Assembly: GCA_022601645.1 (NCBI GenBank)
Contig: JAJACH010000002.1
Location: forward strand, 445,696 to 509,695
Length of the DNA stretch: 64,000 nt
Reading direction: 5' to 3'
Source of the DNA: Chlamydiia bacterium
GTDB taxonomy: Bacteria; Chlamydiota; Chlamydiia; Chlamydiales; Simkaniaceae
In this document: in pieces, positions 9,243-19,627 of the stretch
How positions within the stretch are numbered: position 1 is the stretch's first letter
Layout of the letters: each line of letters starts with the position of its first letter
Program-made: the position numbers and the translations under genes
Notes under the pieces: model-generated
Database searches by the model: none
Told to the model about the DNA's origin: nothing
Seen by the model: only the letters and a program-made list of their open reading frames with translations

Positions 9243-9758
9243 TTAGCAAGAAGTTTTTGGAGGCGTTGAGCTGTATAAGTGGGGGGTTGATTGATAGCGA
9301 GTTGGGCTAAGCCATTTTGCTTTATCATCTCCTACACCATCCAATGCGTCATTCACAGAATTTCGGTGGTCTGTTGGAAGGCCGCTTATGATATGCCCTA
9401 AGTGCACAAGAGCCTCAATGGACGATGAGCTTGTTGCTTTATACTTAAGAAAGAGCCTCTGTCCCACTGCATTTAAGGAACCTGATGCTAAGACAGTACT
9501 TAAAACTAGAGCGATGTCCTCTGTATAGACAACGTCTTTTGGAGTTGGAAGGGGTGGTGCGACTAAAGCTGCAACTTTCACGGTGGTTGTATCAGTTGGA
9601 GATTGACAAACCTTTTTGTGGGTCGGCCAATGTTTTCTTTGGCAATCTGTGTTGCAGTAAAAAACAAGCTTACATGCCGAGCATCGAAGCGGAGCAACAA
9701 GCCTAGTAGGCGGTTTATGGCAAAATACGCATGATCTATCTATTGGTGCTACTGACAT
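9243..9758 (-). CDS. MYND-type zinc-finger domain protein (eukaryote-like; effector candidate)
   Basis: The N-terminus CVFC-x12-CSAC-x5-YCNTDCQRKHWPTHKKVC fits the MYND C4-C2HC pattern exactly. The remainder has no recognisable motif. Confidence 0.75.
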   Translation of the reverse strand: MSVAPIDRSCVFCHKPPTRLVAPLRCSACKLVFYCNTDCQRKHWPTHKKVCQSPTDTTTVKVAALVAPPLPTPKDVVYTEDIALVLSTVLASGSLNAVGQRLFLKYKATSSSSIEALVHLGHIISGLPTDHRNSVNDALDGVGDDKAKWLSPTRYQSTPHLYSSTPPKTSC

Positions 9759-9780
9759 TGCCCAAAAATTATAGTCATCA

Positions 9781-10344
9781 GTGTCTTTTATTGACAGTGA
9801 AAGAAGGAGGTTTTATAGGGAAAGTATGGGACACCCTTGGAAAGCCCGCTTAGTTGTTGGGATCATTATGTTACTTTTGGCCTTTGTTGGCTTAATTATC
9901 ACTGATGTGGCAAAAAGTGCTGCTTGGACTTATTTGTGGATTATATCGATCGTCTTTGCCGTTTTGTGTTTGGGCCTTAGTTGGTACTTAAGGCATCACG
10001 ACCAGAAGCTTGGGTGGAGTACGATATGGCATGAGCTATTTCACTGGTTTGGGATGATCGTTGCCATCTTTTTAGTATCAAGGTTTGTGAGCATTGGGAT
10101 AGTAGGGCGGTTTGAGGCAGCTCTTATGGTCATGACACTGCTGTCTTTAACGACGTTTTTGGCCGGCGTTTATGTTGATTTAACATTTGTTTTGGTTGGC
10201 GTTGTGATGGGGCTTTTCACATTTAGCTCAGCGTATTTGGCAGAGTATCTCTATACGATTATGTTGCCTGTCGCGGTTGTGGCTGTTCTCGTTCTTTTCT
10301 TTATCTTAAGGTATCACAGGAAACAGCATTCATCAAAAGAATGA
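9781..10344 (+). CDS. Hypothetical membrane protein (about 5 TM)
   Basis: 187-aa ORF with a GTG start and several long hydrophobic helices. Its 3' end overlaps the dnaJ 3' end convergently. Confidence 0.45.
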   Translation: MSFIDSERRRFYRESMGHPWKARLVVGIIMLLLAFVGLIITDVAKSAAWTYLWIISIVFAVLCLGLSWYLRHHDQKLGWSTIWHELFHWFGMIVAIFLVSRFVSIGIVGRFEAALMVMTLLSLTTFLAGVYVDLTFVLVGVVMGLFTFSSAYLAEYLYTIMLPVAVVAVLVLFFILRYHRKQHSSKE

Positions 10345-11484
10345 CTTGAGTTTGTCAAAGAAGCTCTTCTTTTGAGGGGAGTTGCTTGGCCCTTCGATTT
10401 TCTGGAAATCTCTTAGAATATTTTTTTGTTTGTCATTGAGATTAACAGGTGTTTCGACGTGGATCACTACAAGCATGTCGCCTTTGCCGTGGCCATGGAC
10501 GTTTTGCATGCCTTCGCCTTTGACGCGTAGAACTTTTCCGTTTTGGGTGCCTGATGGGATGGTTAGGCGAGCGCTTTTATTGAGGGTGGGGATTTCCTTT
10601 TTTGAGCCAAGAGCTGCGTCGGTGAATGAGACGGGCAGTTCTAGGATCAGGTCGTCGCCCTCGCGGGTGAAAACTTCGTGAGCTTTGACGCGGACGTAGA
10701 CGTAGAGGTCTCCAGGAGGGCCTCCGCCTTCACCGGCGTCGCCAAGGCCGTTCATCTTAAGACGCATGCCGTCGTCGATGCCAGCTGGGATTGGGATGGT
10801 AACTTTTTTCTTCTCTTTAGTGCGTCCAGCGCCGTGGCAGCTGTCGCACGGTTTGGAGATAATCTGTCCTGCGCCGTGGCAGTTTGGACAGGTTGTTGCC
10901 ATGGTGAAAAAACCGCGAGACTGTTGCACTTGGCCGTGGCCGTGGCAAGTAGGGCATGTTTTCACATCGCTTGGGTCTTTGGCGCCTGTGCCATTACATT
11001 TTGTACAGTTAACGTGGGTTGTGAGCTGAATTTCTTTGTCGACGCCTTTTGCAGCTTCGTTAAAGTCGACGGTAATGGTGGTTTTTTTGCTCGCTCCTTG
11101 CGAGGCAAAGCCTCCGTGATGGCCGCCACCACCTCCTCCACCAAAGAAGGAGTCAAAAATCGATTCGTTCCCGCCGCCACCGAATGCTCCCATAAAGGTG
11201 CGCATGGCATCCTCCATGGAGGAAAAGCCGCCTGGGCCTCCACCTTGAGGTCCGCCCATGCCACCACGCAATCCATCTGCGCCGTATTGGTCGTAGATGT
11301 TTCGCTTTTGGTCGTCACTTAAGACTTCATAAGCCTCTGAGATTTCTTTGAATCGTTTCTCAGCGGCATCATCTCCGGGATTTTTATCGGGGTGGTATTT
11401 GACGGCGAGCTTGCGGTAGGCCTTTTTGATTACGTCGGGGCCTGCTCCTCGCTCGATTCCTAGCACTTTATAGTAGTCACTCAT
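10333..11484 (-). CDS. dnaJ: Chaperone DnaJ
   Basis: J-domain with KYHPDKN, a G/F-rich linker, and four CxxCxGxG repeats ([32 protein letters not shown]). Confidence 0.95.
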   Translation of the reverse strand: MSDYYKVLGIERGAGPDVIKKAYRKLAVKYHPDKNPGDDAAEKRFKEISEAYEVLSDDQKRNIYDQYGADGLRGGMGGPQGGGPGGFSSMEDAMRTFMGAFGGGGNESIFDSFFGGGGGGGHHGGFASQGASKKTTITVDFNEAAKGVDKEIQLTTHVNCTKCNGTGAKDPSDVKTCPTCHGHGQVQQSRGFFTMATTCPNCHGAGQIISKPCDSCHGAGRTKEKKKVTIPIPAGIDDGMRLKMNGLGDAGEGGGPPGDLYVYVRVKAHEVFTREGDDLILELPVSFTDAALGSKKEIPTLNKSARLTIPSGTQNGKVLRVKGEGMQNVHGHGKGDMLVVIHVETPVNLNDKQKNILRDFQKIEGPSNSPQKKSFFDKLKSFF

Positions 11485-11517
11485 ACGATGGATTTTAGCA
11501 AATAAGTCGTTTAAGTG

Positions 11518-11709
11518 CTAGTTATGTTTGGTTTTTTTTAGCTTATATTTAAGGGCTGCTTTTGACTTAGCACGTTTTCTGTCAGAAGGTTTAGCGTAGA
11601 AGCGATTAGCCTTGGCGGCTTTCATAATCCCTTCTTTATCAATTTTTTTCTTTAAGGCGCGCAGGGTTTTGTCGATCGATTCTCCCGTGCGGTGTTTGAC
11701 GCTTGGCAT
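11518..11709 (-). CDS. rpsU: 30S ribosomal protein S21
   Basis: 63-aa basic protein [22 protein letters not shown]... typical of bS21, downstream of dnaJ as in Chlamydia. Confidence 0.9.
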   Translation of the reverse strand: MPSVKHRTGESIDKTLRALKKKIDKEGIMKAAKANRFYAKPSDRKRAKSKAALKYKLKKTKHN

Positions 11710-11727
11710 GTGTAGGTTCCTTTTCGG

Positions 11728-12192
11728 TTAGTAAACGAGATTTATTTTAGGGGAGGCCTCGATATTTTTCAAGTGAACAATTGTACTCTTTTCTGAGGTG
11801 ATGGGCAGGCTCTGATCGACTTGCTCTACAAGGACGGGGGCTTCGTAGGTGAGGTTTTGGCCGTCAAACGAGCCTTTTAGCGTGTAGAATCCTCGACTTT
11901 TTGCATCAGAAATGGCTTGAAAAGGGCCAATTCCTGGAGGGGGATTGCGCTTTAACGAGGAAAAACCGCGGATGGGGACATCAAGGGCCTTTGCAAGGGC
12001 TTTTCCAAACATCACGCCAATCCGCGTTCCTGTAAAAGTTCCCGGACCCATTCCGACGGCAATTTCATCGATCGAGCTGAGGTCAATTTTCGCAGCATAG
12101 AGGGAAATATCGCGCGCTTTTTCAAAAAAATAGAGTTTGTCTACGCCAAGAAAACAAAGATTTGAGCTGGTATCTATAAATAAAGTGTTCAT
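11728..12192 (-). CDS. tsaB: tRNA t6A biosynthesis protein TsaB (YeaZ-like), short form
   Basis: IDTSS at the N-terminus and a GPGTFTGTRIG motif. At 154 aa it is shorter than typical TsaB. Confidence 0.65.
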   Translation of the reverse strand: MNTLFIDTSSNLCFLGVDKLYFFEKARDISLYAAKIDLSSIDEIAVGMGPGTFTGTRIGVMFGKALAKALDVPIRGFSSLKRNPPPGIGPFQAISDAKSRGFYTLKGSFDGQNLTYEAPVLVEQVDQSLPITSEKSTIVHLKNIEASPKINLVY

Positions 12193-12215
12193 AGGTTAGA
12201 GGATGATAGCCTAAA

Positions 12216-14675
12216 TTGGGATTATTTGATATGCTTGCGCAAATGAAAGATGATGAAATCCAGTCCCCAAAAGACTTAGAGAAACTTGTTGAAGGTGAAC
12301 TCAAAAGTGAAGGTGAGGCGCCTAAAACCCCTGATCAAGTGTTTATTTTACCCCTAACACGCCGCCCCTTTTTCCCTGGGATGGCCGCCCCCCTCGTGAT
12401 CGAGCCAGGTCCCTATTACGAAGTTCTTAAGATTGTCGCCAAATCCGAGCATAAAACGCTTGGTCTTGTCATGACACGCGAAGAGGGTGCTGATATTTAC
12501 AATTTACTCCCAGATGAACTGAACGAAGTGGGTGTTGCGGCATCTATTTTGCGCATTGTCCCACTAGAAGGTGGGGGAGCTCAAGTTGTATTCAACATGG
12601 AATCTAGAATCAAGATTTCCAAATGGCTTGAAGGCAAATACCTTCGCGCGAATGTCAAATATCACATCGATAAAGACGTACGTCAGCAGAAAAAAACCAT
12701 TAAAGCCTACTCGATTGGGATCATCACAACGATTAAAGAGCTTTTAAAGCTCAATCCTCTCTTCAAAGAAGAGCTTCAAATTTTCCTTGGACATTCAGAT
12801 TTTACAGCGCCAGGAAAGCTTGCCGATTTTGCCGTTGCTCTCACAACTGCAGGGCGCGAAGAGCTCCAAACGGTGCTTGAAGCGTTTGATATTGAAGACC
12901 GCATCGATCGTACCCTCACCCTCTTAAAAAAAGAGCTCGACCTTTCAAAACTTCAAAGCAGTATCAATCAGAAGATTGAAGCGACCATTTCCAAAACTCA
13001 GCGCGAATTTTTCCTACGAGAGCAGCTCAAAGCCATTAAAAAAGAACTCGGTCTTGAAAAAGACGACAAGCAGTGCGATATCGAAAAATTTGAAGCGCGA
13101 CTGATTGATAAAGAGCTGTCTGAGGAAGTGCAAGAGGTCATTGAAGAAGAACTCGATAAGCTCTCTGTGCTTGATGTACAATCAGCAGAGTACGCCGTTT
13201 GCCGCAACTACCTCGATTGGCTCACAGTAGTCCCATGGTCAACACTTTCAGAAGAGTGCCATGACTTAGAGCATGCCGAAGAGGTGCTTGAAAAAGACCA
13301 CTACGGTCTCAAAGATATTAAAGAGCGGATCTTAGAATTTATCAGTGTAGGCAAACTTTCTGGTGGCGTTAAGGGAAGCATCATTTGCCTCGTTGGTCCT
13401 CCAGGGGTTGGTAAAACAAGCATCGGTAAAAGTGTTGCACGCGCCCTTAATCGCAAATTCTACCGTTTTTCTGTTGGTGGGATGCGCGATGAGGCTGAGA
13501 TCAAAGGACACCGGCGCACCTACATTGGAGCGATGCCAGGGAAGCTGATACAAGCGCTCAAAAGTTGCCAAACAATGAACCCTGTCATCATGCTCGATGA
13601 AGTTGACAAGATGGGGCAAAGCTACCAAGGTGATCCAGCATCGGCACTTTTAGAAGTGCTAGATCCCGAACAAAACAAAGATTTCCAAGATCACTATCTC
13701 GATGTACGCGTTGATTTATCCAATGTGCTGTTTATCATCACAGCAAACGTTTTGGATACGATCCCTGCAGCGCTGCGTGATCGGATGGATATCCTTCGCC
13801 TTTCTGGTTACATCAAAGAAGAGAAAGTGCAGATCGCGAAAAAGTACCTTGTCCCGAGAAATCGCAAAGAAATGGGGCTCAAAGCCAAACAAGTCTCTTT
13901 CACAAACGCGACGCTTGATGCGATCATCGAAGGGTATGCAAGGGAAGCTGGCGTGCGGGTGCTCGAGAATAACATTAAGAAAATCTTGCGCAAGATTGCT
14001 GTGAAAATCGTTCGTGCAAAAACAAAAGCGCAAAGCTTTAGCATCACGCCGAAGAACTTGGCTCAGTATTTAGAGCAGCCGATTTTCACCTCAGATCGTT
14101 TTTATCCAAAAACGCCTCCCGGAATTGCTATGGGACTTGCTTGGACCTCCATGGGAGGGGCAACGCTCTATATTGAAACTGTCCAGACACCTGCTGAAAA
14201 AACGGGCATGAAATTGACCGGACAAGCAGGCGATGTGATGAAAGAATCCTCACAAATTTCGTGGAGCTTTTTGAAAAGCTCTTCTGAAAAGTATTTGCCA
14301 CGCGTCAAGTTCTTCCCTGAAAGTGAAGTGCATATTCATATTCCCGAAGGCGCAACACCAAAAGATGGGCCGTCAGCTGGAGTGACAATGGTGACAGCAC
14401 TGATCTCACTTCTTGCGAAAAAGCCTGTGCTTGATGACTTAGCCATGACAGGGGAGATCACCCTAACAGGAAAAGTCTTACCTGTTGGTGGCATTAAGGA
14501 AAAACTCATTGCAGCGCGCCGATCAAAAGTCAAAACGCTCATCTTCCCATTTGAGAACAAACGCGATTACGATGAACTCCCTGACTATTTGAAAAAAGGT
14601 CTGAAAGTGCACTTTGTGCATCACTACGACGAAGTATTTAAAATTGCCTTTCCTGCAAGGAGAAAGAAAAAGTGA
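12216..14675 (+). CDS. lon: ATP-dependent Lon protease
   Basis: LON N-domain, Walker A GPPGVGKTS, and a proteolytic PKDGPSAG serine motif. The start is ambiguous (TTG 12216 or ATG 12231). Confidence 0.95.
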   Translation: MGLFDMLAQMKDDEIQSPKDLEKLVEGELKSEGEAPKTPDQVFILPLTRRPFFPGMAAPLVIEPGPYYEVLKIVAKSEHKTLGLVMTREEGADIYNLLPDELNEVGVAASILRIVPLEGGGAQVVFNMESRIKISKWLEGKYLRANVKYHIDKDVRQQKKTIKAYSIGIITTIKELLKLNPLFKEELQIFLGHSDFTAPGKLADFAVALTTAGREELQTVLEAFDIEDRIDRTLTLLKKELDLSKLQSSINQKIEATISKTQREFFLREQLKAIKKELGLEKDDKQCDIEKFEARLIDKELSEEVQEVIEEELDKLSVLDVQSAEYAVCRNYLDWLTVVPWSTLSEECHDLEHAEEVLEKDHYGLKDIKERILEFISVGKLSGGVKGSIICLVGPPGVGKTSIGKSVARALNRKFYRFSVGGMRDEAEIKGHRRTYIGAMPGKLIQALKSCQTMNPVIMLDEVDKMGQSYQGDPASALLEVLDPEQNKDFQDHYLDVRVDLSNVLFIITANVLDTIPAALRDRMDILRLSGYIKEEKVQIAKKYLVPRNRKEMGLKAKQVSFTNATLDAIIEGYAREAGVRVLENNIKKILRKIAVKIVRAKTKAQSFSITPKNLAQYLEQPIFTSDRFYPKTPPGIAMGLAWTSMGGATLYIETVQTPAEKTGMKLTGQAGDVMKESSQISWSFLKSSSEKYLPRVKFFPESEVHIHIPEGATPKDGPSAGVTMVTALISLLAKKPVLDDLAMTGEITLTGKVLPVGGIKEKLIAARRSKVKTLIFPFENKRDYDELPDYLKKGLKVHFVHHYDEVFKIAFPARRKKK

Positions 14676-15142
14676 GAGATAAAGTCATCCCCCCAGAGGA
14701 GATTGGCAGCTATTTAGAAACCATCCGCAAAGGAAAGACGGTTGTCTCCTTAAATGGCTCGTTTGACCTGATGCATGCTGGACATCTTTACCAGATCCAC
14801 GAAGCAAAAAAACAAGGGGATATCCTCGTTGTTTGTTTAAATAGCGACTCATCCATTCAGCAGTATAAAAGCATCAATCGCCCCATCATCCCCCTAAAGT
14901 ATCGCTTGCAGATGATGAGCGCTTTAGAAGCCGTGGATGTTGTGACCTACTTTGATGAACTCGACCCTTGTGAAATTTTGACAAAGGTTAAACCCGATGT
15001 ACACGTAAATGGTGTTGAATATGGGAAAGAGTGCATCGAAGCTAAGACCGTGAAAAAACTTGGAGCGAGATTACATCTCGTCGACTTAATTGATGGATTA
15101 TCCACCTCAAATATAATCAAAAAGATCAAATGCGAGTCATAG
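14672..15142 (+). CDS. Cytidylyltransferase-family nucleotidyltransferase (RfaE domain II-like)
   Basis: NGSFDLMHAGHL (GxFDxxHxGH) signature. The GTG start overlaps the lon stop. Confidence 0.7.
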   Translation: MRDKVIPPEEIGSYLETIRKGKTVVSLNGSFDLMHAGHLYQIHEAKKQGDILVVCLNSDSSIQQYKSINRPIIPLKYRLQMMSALEAVDVVTYFDELDPCEILTKVKPDVHVNGVEYGKECIEAKTVKKLGARLHLVDLIDGLSTSNIIKKIKCES

Positions 15143-16065
15143 GAAAACTTAATAGCGAGAGAAAAGCCCAGGACTTTGTCCACTATCTCTTAATGAAACA
15201 GATCGAAGCGAACATCGAGCACGTGGATGATCTTTATTATGTCTGGGCGTATGACGAAGATCGCCTAGAAGAGGCTGTAGAGCTTTTAAAGCACTTTGAA
15301 GAAAATCCCGATCAAATCCAAATCGAAGTACCAAGAGATCCAATCAGTTTAGGTGAGCCTCGCATCGTAAAAGTGCGTAAAATTGGTAAAGCGCCCTTAA
15401 CAAAGCTTCTGATTTTTGTGTGCGTTGTACTCTATCTCATCTCACTTACTTTGAAAGCTGAGCCGCCTTTTGGTATGAATGCCCTTAGCCAGTGGCTCAT
15501 CTTCGAAATGCCTACAACCTTTCCCTTTTGGCAAGGAATTTACCCAGCACTTCTTTCAAAGATGGGAATCGTTGGCGTTCCCGTGTTCACTCAAATCCTC
15601 GATGGACAAGTGTGGCGCCTTATCACCCCGATTTTTCTCCACTTCGACTTTCTCCACATCCTCTTCAATATGCTCTGGCTCTGGTTACTTGGCCGTCAGG
15701 TCGAAGAGCGCCTTGGCATTGTTAAGTTTGTCATCTTAATGCTCGTCGCTGCTGTTGTATCAAATACCACTCAATACCTGATGAGCGGCCCGTTTTTTAT
15801 CGGTTTTTCAGGCGTCGTCTGCGCCTTAGCTGCCTACATTTGGATCAGGCAGAAGAAAGCGCCGTGGGAAGGTTACCCCTTGCCGCACTCAACAATCGTC
15901 TTCCTCTTCATCTTTGTCTTTGGCATGGTAGGCCTGCAACTCCTCTCTTTTATCCTCTCCTACACAGGCATTGCAAAGTTCCCCATTAATATCGCGAATA
16001 CCGCCCACGTTGCAGGGGGGCTTGTTGGGTATCTCTTTGGCAAATTTGGCTGGAGGCGTAAGTGA
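15130..16065 (+). CDS. Rhomboid-family intramembrane serine protease
   Basis: Soluble N-domain followed by 6 [11 protein letters not shown] (catalytic Ser) and AHVAGGLVG (catalytic His) are present. Confidence 0.8.
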   Translation: MRVIGKLNSERKAQDFVHYLLMKQIEANIEHVDDLYYVWAYDEDRLEEAVELLKHFEENPDQIQIEVPRDPISLGEPRIVKVRKIGKAPLTKLLIFVCVVLYLISLTLKAEPPFGMNALSQWLIFEMPTTFPFWQGIYPALLSKMGIVGVPVFTQILDGQVWRLITPIFLHFDFLHILFNMLWLWLLGRQVEERLGIVKFVILMLVAAVVSNTTQYLMSGPFFIGFSGVVCALAAYIWIRQKKAPWEGYPLPHSTIVFLFIFVFGMVGLQLLSFILSYTGIAKFPINIANTAHVAGGLVGYLFGKFGWRRK

Positions 16066-16967
16066 GCGTTCGCGATCTGACCATTCTCGGTTGTTCCTCG
16101 CAGCAACCAACGCGCTTACGTAACCACGGAGCCTACTTACTGCGCTGGAACACCGAAGGGTTTCTCTTTGATCCAGGTGAGGGGACCCAGAGGCAATTCA
16201 TCTTTGCTGACATAGCCCCGCCAACGGTCACCCGCATCTTTGTTTCCCACTTTCATGGCGACCACTGTCTTGGTCTCGGCTCGATGCTCATGCGCTTAAA
16301 CCTCGATAACGTCACTCACCCCATCCACGTTTACTACCCAAAAAGCGGCAAAAAATACTTCGACCGCCTCCGTTACGGCACCATCTACCACGAGCGTCTC
16401 AACGTCATTGAGTATCCAGTTGAAGGCGATGGCATCGTTCATGATGACGGTAACTTCCGTATCGAAGCACGCTTTTTAAACCACGGCGTCGACAACATTG
16501 GCTGGCGCATTCAAGAAGCGGACACCGTTAAATTCGAGCGCGAGAAACTGAAAGAATTTGGTCTTAAAGGCCCCATCATCAAAGAGCTTGAAGACAAGGG
16601 GGTGATCGAACATGAAGGGAAGAAAATTCAGCTTGAAGATGTCAGTTACCTTCGAACCGGTGATATTTTCTCTGTTGTGATCGATACCAAGTTTACCCAG
16701 GCCGCCATCGATACAGCAAGAGATGCTAAAATGCTTTTATGTGAAAGTACCTACTTAGAAGAGCATAAAGACCTTGCTAAAGCGCATTACCATTTAACAG
16801 CAAGGCAAGCTGCCGAAATCGCACGTGATGCCGGGGCGCAAAAACTCATTCTCACTCACTACTCAGCACGCTATCGCGATGTGGAAGAGTTTGCAGATGA
16901 GGCGCGTACAATCTTTCAAGAGAGTTATGCTGCAGACGATTTCCGCCGCTTTGAATTTCCCCGCTAA
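16062..16967 (+). CDS. rnz: Ribonuclease Z (metallo-beta-lactamase fold)
   Basis: HFHGDH motif and the length and organisation of short-form RNase Z. The start overlaps the rhomboid stop. Confidence 0.8.
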   Translation: MSVRDLTILGCSSQQPTRLRNHGAYLLRWNTEGFLFDPGEGTQRQFIFADIAPPTVTRIFVSHFHGDHCLGLGSMLMRLNLDNVTHPIHVYYPKSGKKYFDRLRYGTIYHERLNVIEYPVEGDGIVHDDGNFRIEARFLNHGVDNIGWRIQEADTVKFEREKLKEFGLKGPIIKELEDKGVIEHEGKKIQLEDVSYLRTGDIFSVVIDTKFTQAAIDTARDAKMLLCESTYLEEHKDLAKAHYHLTARQAAEIARDAGAQKLILTHYSARYRDVEEFADEARTIFQESYAADDFRRFEFPR

Positions 16968-17350
16968 AAATAGCCAAGCTCTTCGATCAAGCGTTCTTTA
17001 GCCATCGGATAGCGATCAAACTGTTGGAGCATCGGGCCGAGCTTTGCATGCTCTTTTGAAGCTTGGTGCAAAGAAATCTTTTCCCCATCCACGTCAATAT
17101 GTTGTGTTAAAATCGTGTGGAGGATCTGGGTATCTTCATCAGGCGCATTTGCCGTTGATTCATGAAGCGATTGAATGGTGGAGGCAACTTCCGTTAAGTA
17201 TTGAGGGTCGTCATAGCGGCTTGTTTCAGCAAGGTGTCCGCGGAAAGTGTGAAGCGCTTGCTTGTAATCTCCCGGACTAGCGTGTCCTTCTGACATTGAA
17301 TTATGAGGGGTGCCCTGGGCTCCACTTGTTGGCTCAACTGACATCTTCAA
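16964..17350 (-). CDS. Small hypothetical protein (Gly/Pro-rich N-terminus, helical remainder)
   Basis: 128-aa ORF in an otherwise unoccupied interval. The N-terminus [15 protein letters not shown] loosely resembles the small proteins at 23.2-25.6 kb. Confidence 0.45.
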   Translation of the reverse strand: MKMSVEPTSGAQGTPHNSMSEGHASPGDYKQALHTFRGHLAETSRYDDPQYLTEVASTIQSLHESTANAPDEDTQILHTILTQHIDVDGEKISLHQASKEHAKLGPMLQQFDRYPMAKERLIEELGYF

Positions 17351-17371
17351 CTCCTAGCGTTTTTTCTCATC

Positions 17372-18040
17372 TTAGCAATTGTTGAATATTACACCAGATA
17401 AGAGTGCAAAAGCGCAGGCGACATTCAACGAGTTCTTGGAGCCAGGAAGGGGAATCTGCACAATGTGATCGGCAAGTGCGAGATTCTTTTCCGAGATGCC
17501 AAACTCTTCGTTCCCAACGATGATAGTACAGATGGATGGAAAGGAAAAATCATAGATGGAAGGTGCATCGGGCGCTGTTTCAAGGGCGATAATTGGGCGC
17601 GGAAGATCGATTAGTGAAGTGTGGTTAGTGGGGACAAGAGATGCGCAGCCCATGGCGCTGTCGCACACTTTTTTGTTGTCGATGTAGGGAGTGTTTTCTG
17701 AAAAAGATACGGGACCAATGCGAAGCGCTTCGGTTGTACGAAGGATGCTCCCTACGTTGTGGGCAGAGCGGATGTGGTCGAGGTAGATGTGGATATTGCC
17801 AAAGGGAACCGATGAGGCTTTGTCGCCCGTTTCTATCAGTAAGTTGTGTTCCTTAACTGAAAGGCCTGCCTCTTTTAAATGAATATGGAAACGGTTGGAG
17901 CGCGCCTCAATCGTCCAAGGAATGGGGGAGAGTTGAAGGCGCTTTTCAAGTGTACGGTAGAGCGCCTCGTCACTTCGAAGCGCATTAACAGCCAGCTTAT
18001 GCGTGGACTTTAGAGTAATATGTTTCGAGATTGCCGTCAT
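17372..18040 (-). CDS. SpoU/TrmH-family RNA 2'-O-methyltransferase
   Basis: NVGSILRTTEALRIG, GNEEFGIS and IPLPGSKNSLNVACAFAL motifs. The start is placed at the ATG at 18040 (MTAISK...), overlapping the ABC-F 3' end by 44 nt. Confidence 0.8.
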   Translation of the reverse strand: MTAISKHITLKSTHKLAVNALRSDEALYRTLEKRLQLSPIPWTIEARSNRFHIHLKEAGLSVKEHNLLIETGDKASSVPFGNIHIYLDHIRSAHNVGSILRTTEALRIGPVSFSENTPYIDNKKVCDSAMGCASLVPTNHTSLIDLPRPIIALETAPDAPSIYDFSFPSICTIIVGNEEFGISEKNLALADHIVQIPLPGSKNSLNVACAFALLSGVIFNNC

Positions 18041-19577
18041 AAAACTTAGGTCCAGATGAGTCGAACACAACCAGTTTGTTAGCACATTCTCCGATCAGGT
18101 CACGGTCGTGCGCCGCAACGATCACGGTCCCCTTAAATTCAGCAAGGCCCCATGAAAGGGCAGACACAGATTCTAAGTCGAGGTGGTTGTTGGGCTCATC
18201 AAGAACGATTGTGTTGTGCTCAGATAAGAGCATGTGAGCGAAGATTAAGCGAGCCGTTTCTCCACCCGAGAGTTTGCTGATTTCTTTAAACGCATCATCT
18301 CCACCAAAGAGCATTTTTCCAAGAGCGGATCTTACATCTTGGTCGTAGTGTTTAGAGTGGCGCTGTTTTAACCAGTCAAACATGGTGATTTTTTCTGACT
18401 TATCGATTACGTCGTTATGATCTTGCGGAAAGTAGCCCACATCAACTAGGTGGCCGAGTTCAACCGAGCCGCGGTCAGGTTTAATCACACCTGCAAGCAT
18501 TTTTAGTAGAGTTGTTTTACCAAGACCATTTGGGCCGATGACACCAATGTGGTCGCCACGCATCACTTCAAAAGATAATCCTGAGAACACTTCTTCATCG
18601 TAATCTTTTCCAAGGTCTTCGACTTTCATCGAGATTTTACCCGACTTGTTTTCGTTGAGGGGGAAGCGGATATAAGGGCGTTGAATATTGGACTTTTTAA
18701 GTTCTTGCGGTTGAAGGCGGCCAATTTCACGAAGGCGCGATTGCACCTGCGAGGCGCGCGTTCCAGCGGCGAATTTTGCGACAAACTCTTTAAGCTGCGA
18801 GATCTTCTTCTCGCGAGATTTCGCATCTGCTTCAGCGCTTTGTCTAACAGATGTCTTAGCAACAACCATCTGGTCGTAGTTGCCAGGATAGGTAATAATC
18901 GATTCGTAATCAATGTCGGCAATATGAGTTGTCACGCTGTTTAAGAAGTGGCGGTCGTGCGAAATCACGACGAGAGCGCCAGAGTAGTCTTTTAAGAAAT
19001 TTTCGAGCCAGCCGATCGAGTCCATGTCGAGGTGGTTAGTCGGTTCATCAAGTAACAGGGCTTCAGGCTCACCGAAAATCGCTTGGCAAAGTAGCACTCT
19101 AAACTGCATATCAGAGGGGATCTCTTTCATCTGTTTATTAAACATTTCTTCCTCAAGGCCCATGCCAGAGAGAAGCGTTTCCGCGTCGGATTCGGCCGTA
19201 TAGCCATCTTCATCAGCAACCACTTCCTCTAAGTCGCCAAGGCGCAAGCCAATTTCATCTGTCATCTCTTCATCATAGAGGCGATCGCGCTCTTCTAGCG
19301 CTTCCCAGAGGCGGTCATTCCCCATGATCACAACGTCAAGCACCTTTGCATTTTTGAAGTCCTCAATGTTTTGGCGTAAAAAGCCCACTTTCCTCGGCAA
19401 AGTCACCGTACCAGATGTGGCATCTTCAAGCCCCATCATGATCTTCATCAAAGTCGATTTACCAGCGCCGTTCGCACCCGTTAAACCATAACGATTTTTT
19501 TGATTAAAGGAGATAGAGACAGCATCGAACAGGACGCGTGTACCGATTTTCTTGGAAATTTCATTGAGGGTAATCAT
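17997..19577 (-). CDS. ABC-F family ATPase (translation-factor type; two ABC domains, no TM)
   Basis: Two Walker A loops (GANGAGKST, GPNGLGKTT), an LSGGE signature and an inter-domain linker. The start was chosen at MITLNEISKK (19577). Confidence 0.9.
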   Translation of the reverse strand: MITLNEISKKIGTRVLFDAVSISFNQKNRYGLTGANGAGKSTLMKIMMGLEDATSGTVTLPRKVGFLRQNIEDFKNAKVLDVVIMGNDRLWEALEERDRLYDEEMTDEIGLRLGDLEEVVADEDGYTAESDAETLLSGMGLEEEMFNKQMKEIPSDMQFRVLLCQAIFGEPEALLLDEPTNHLDMDSIGWLENFLKDYSGALVVISHDRHFLNSVTTHIADIDYESIITYPGNYDQMVVAKTSVRQSAEADAKSREKKISQLKEFVAKFAAGTRASQVQSRLREIGRLQPQELKKSNIQRPYIRFPLNENKSGKISMKVEDLGKDYDEEVFSGLSFEVMRGDHIGVIGPNGLGKTTLLKMLAGVIKPDRGSVELGHLVDVGYFPQDHNDVIDKSEKITMFDWLKQRHSKHYDQDVRSALGKMLFGGDDAFKEISKLSGGETARLIFAHMLLSEHNTIVLDEPNNHLDLESVSALSWGLAEFKGTVIVAAHDRDLIGECANKLVVFDSSGPKFYDGNLETYYSKVHA

Positions 19578-19627
19578 AGACGAAAACCATAGCAAAAAAC
19601 GCCCCTTTCGTCCATACTATTTCTCTT

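Noticed and set aside
9054-9269. 71-aa ORF in the intergenic region after the PAPS synthase gene
   Set aside because: It has a GTG start, Cys/Ser/Phe-rich low-information sequence and no motif. It overlaps the 3' end of the convergent MYND gene. There is no support beyond being open.
10382-11322. Four + strand ORFs (up to 214 aa) and one alternative-frame minus ORF inside dnaJ
   Set aside because: dnaJ is unambiguous (HPD, G/F and 4x CxxCxGxG). The shadow ORFs come from its GC- and Gly-rich codons.
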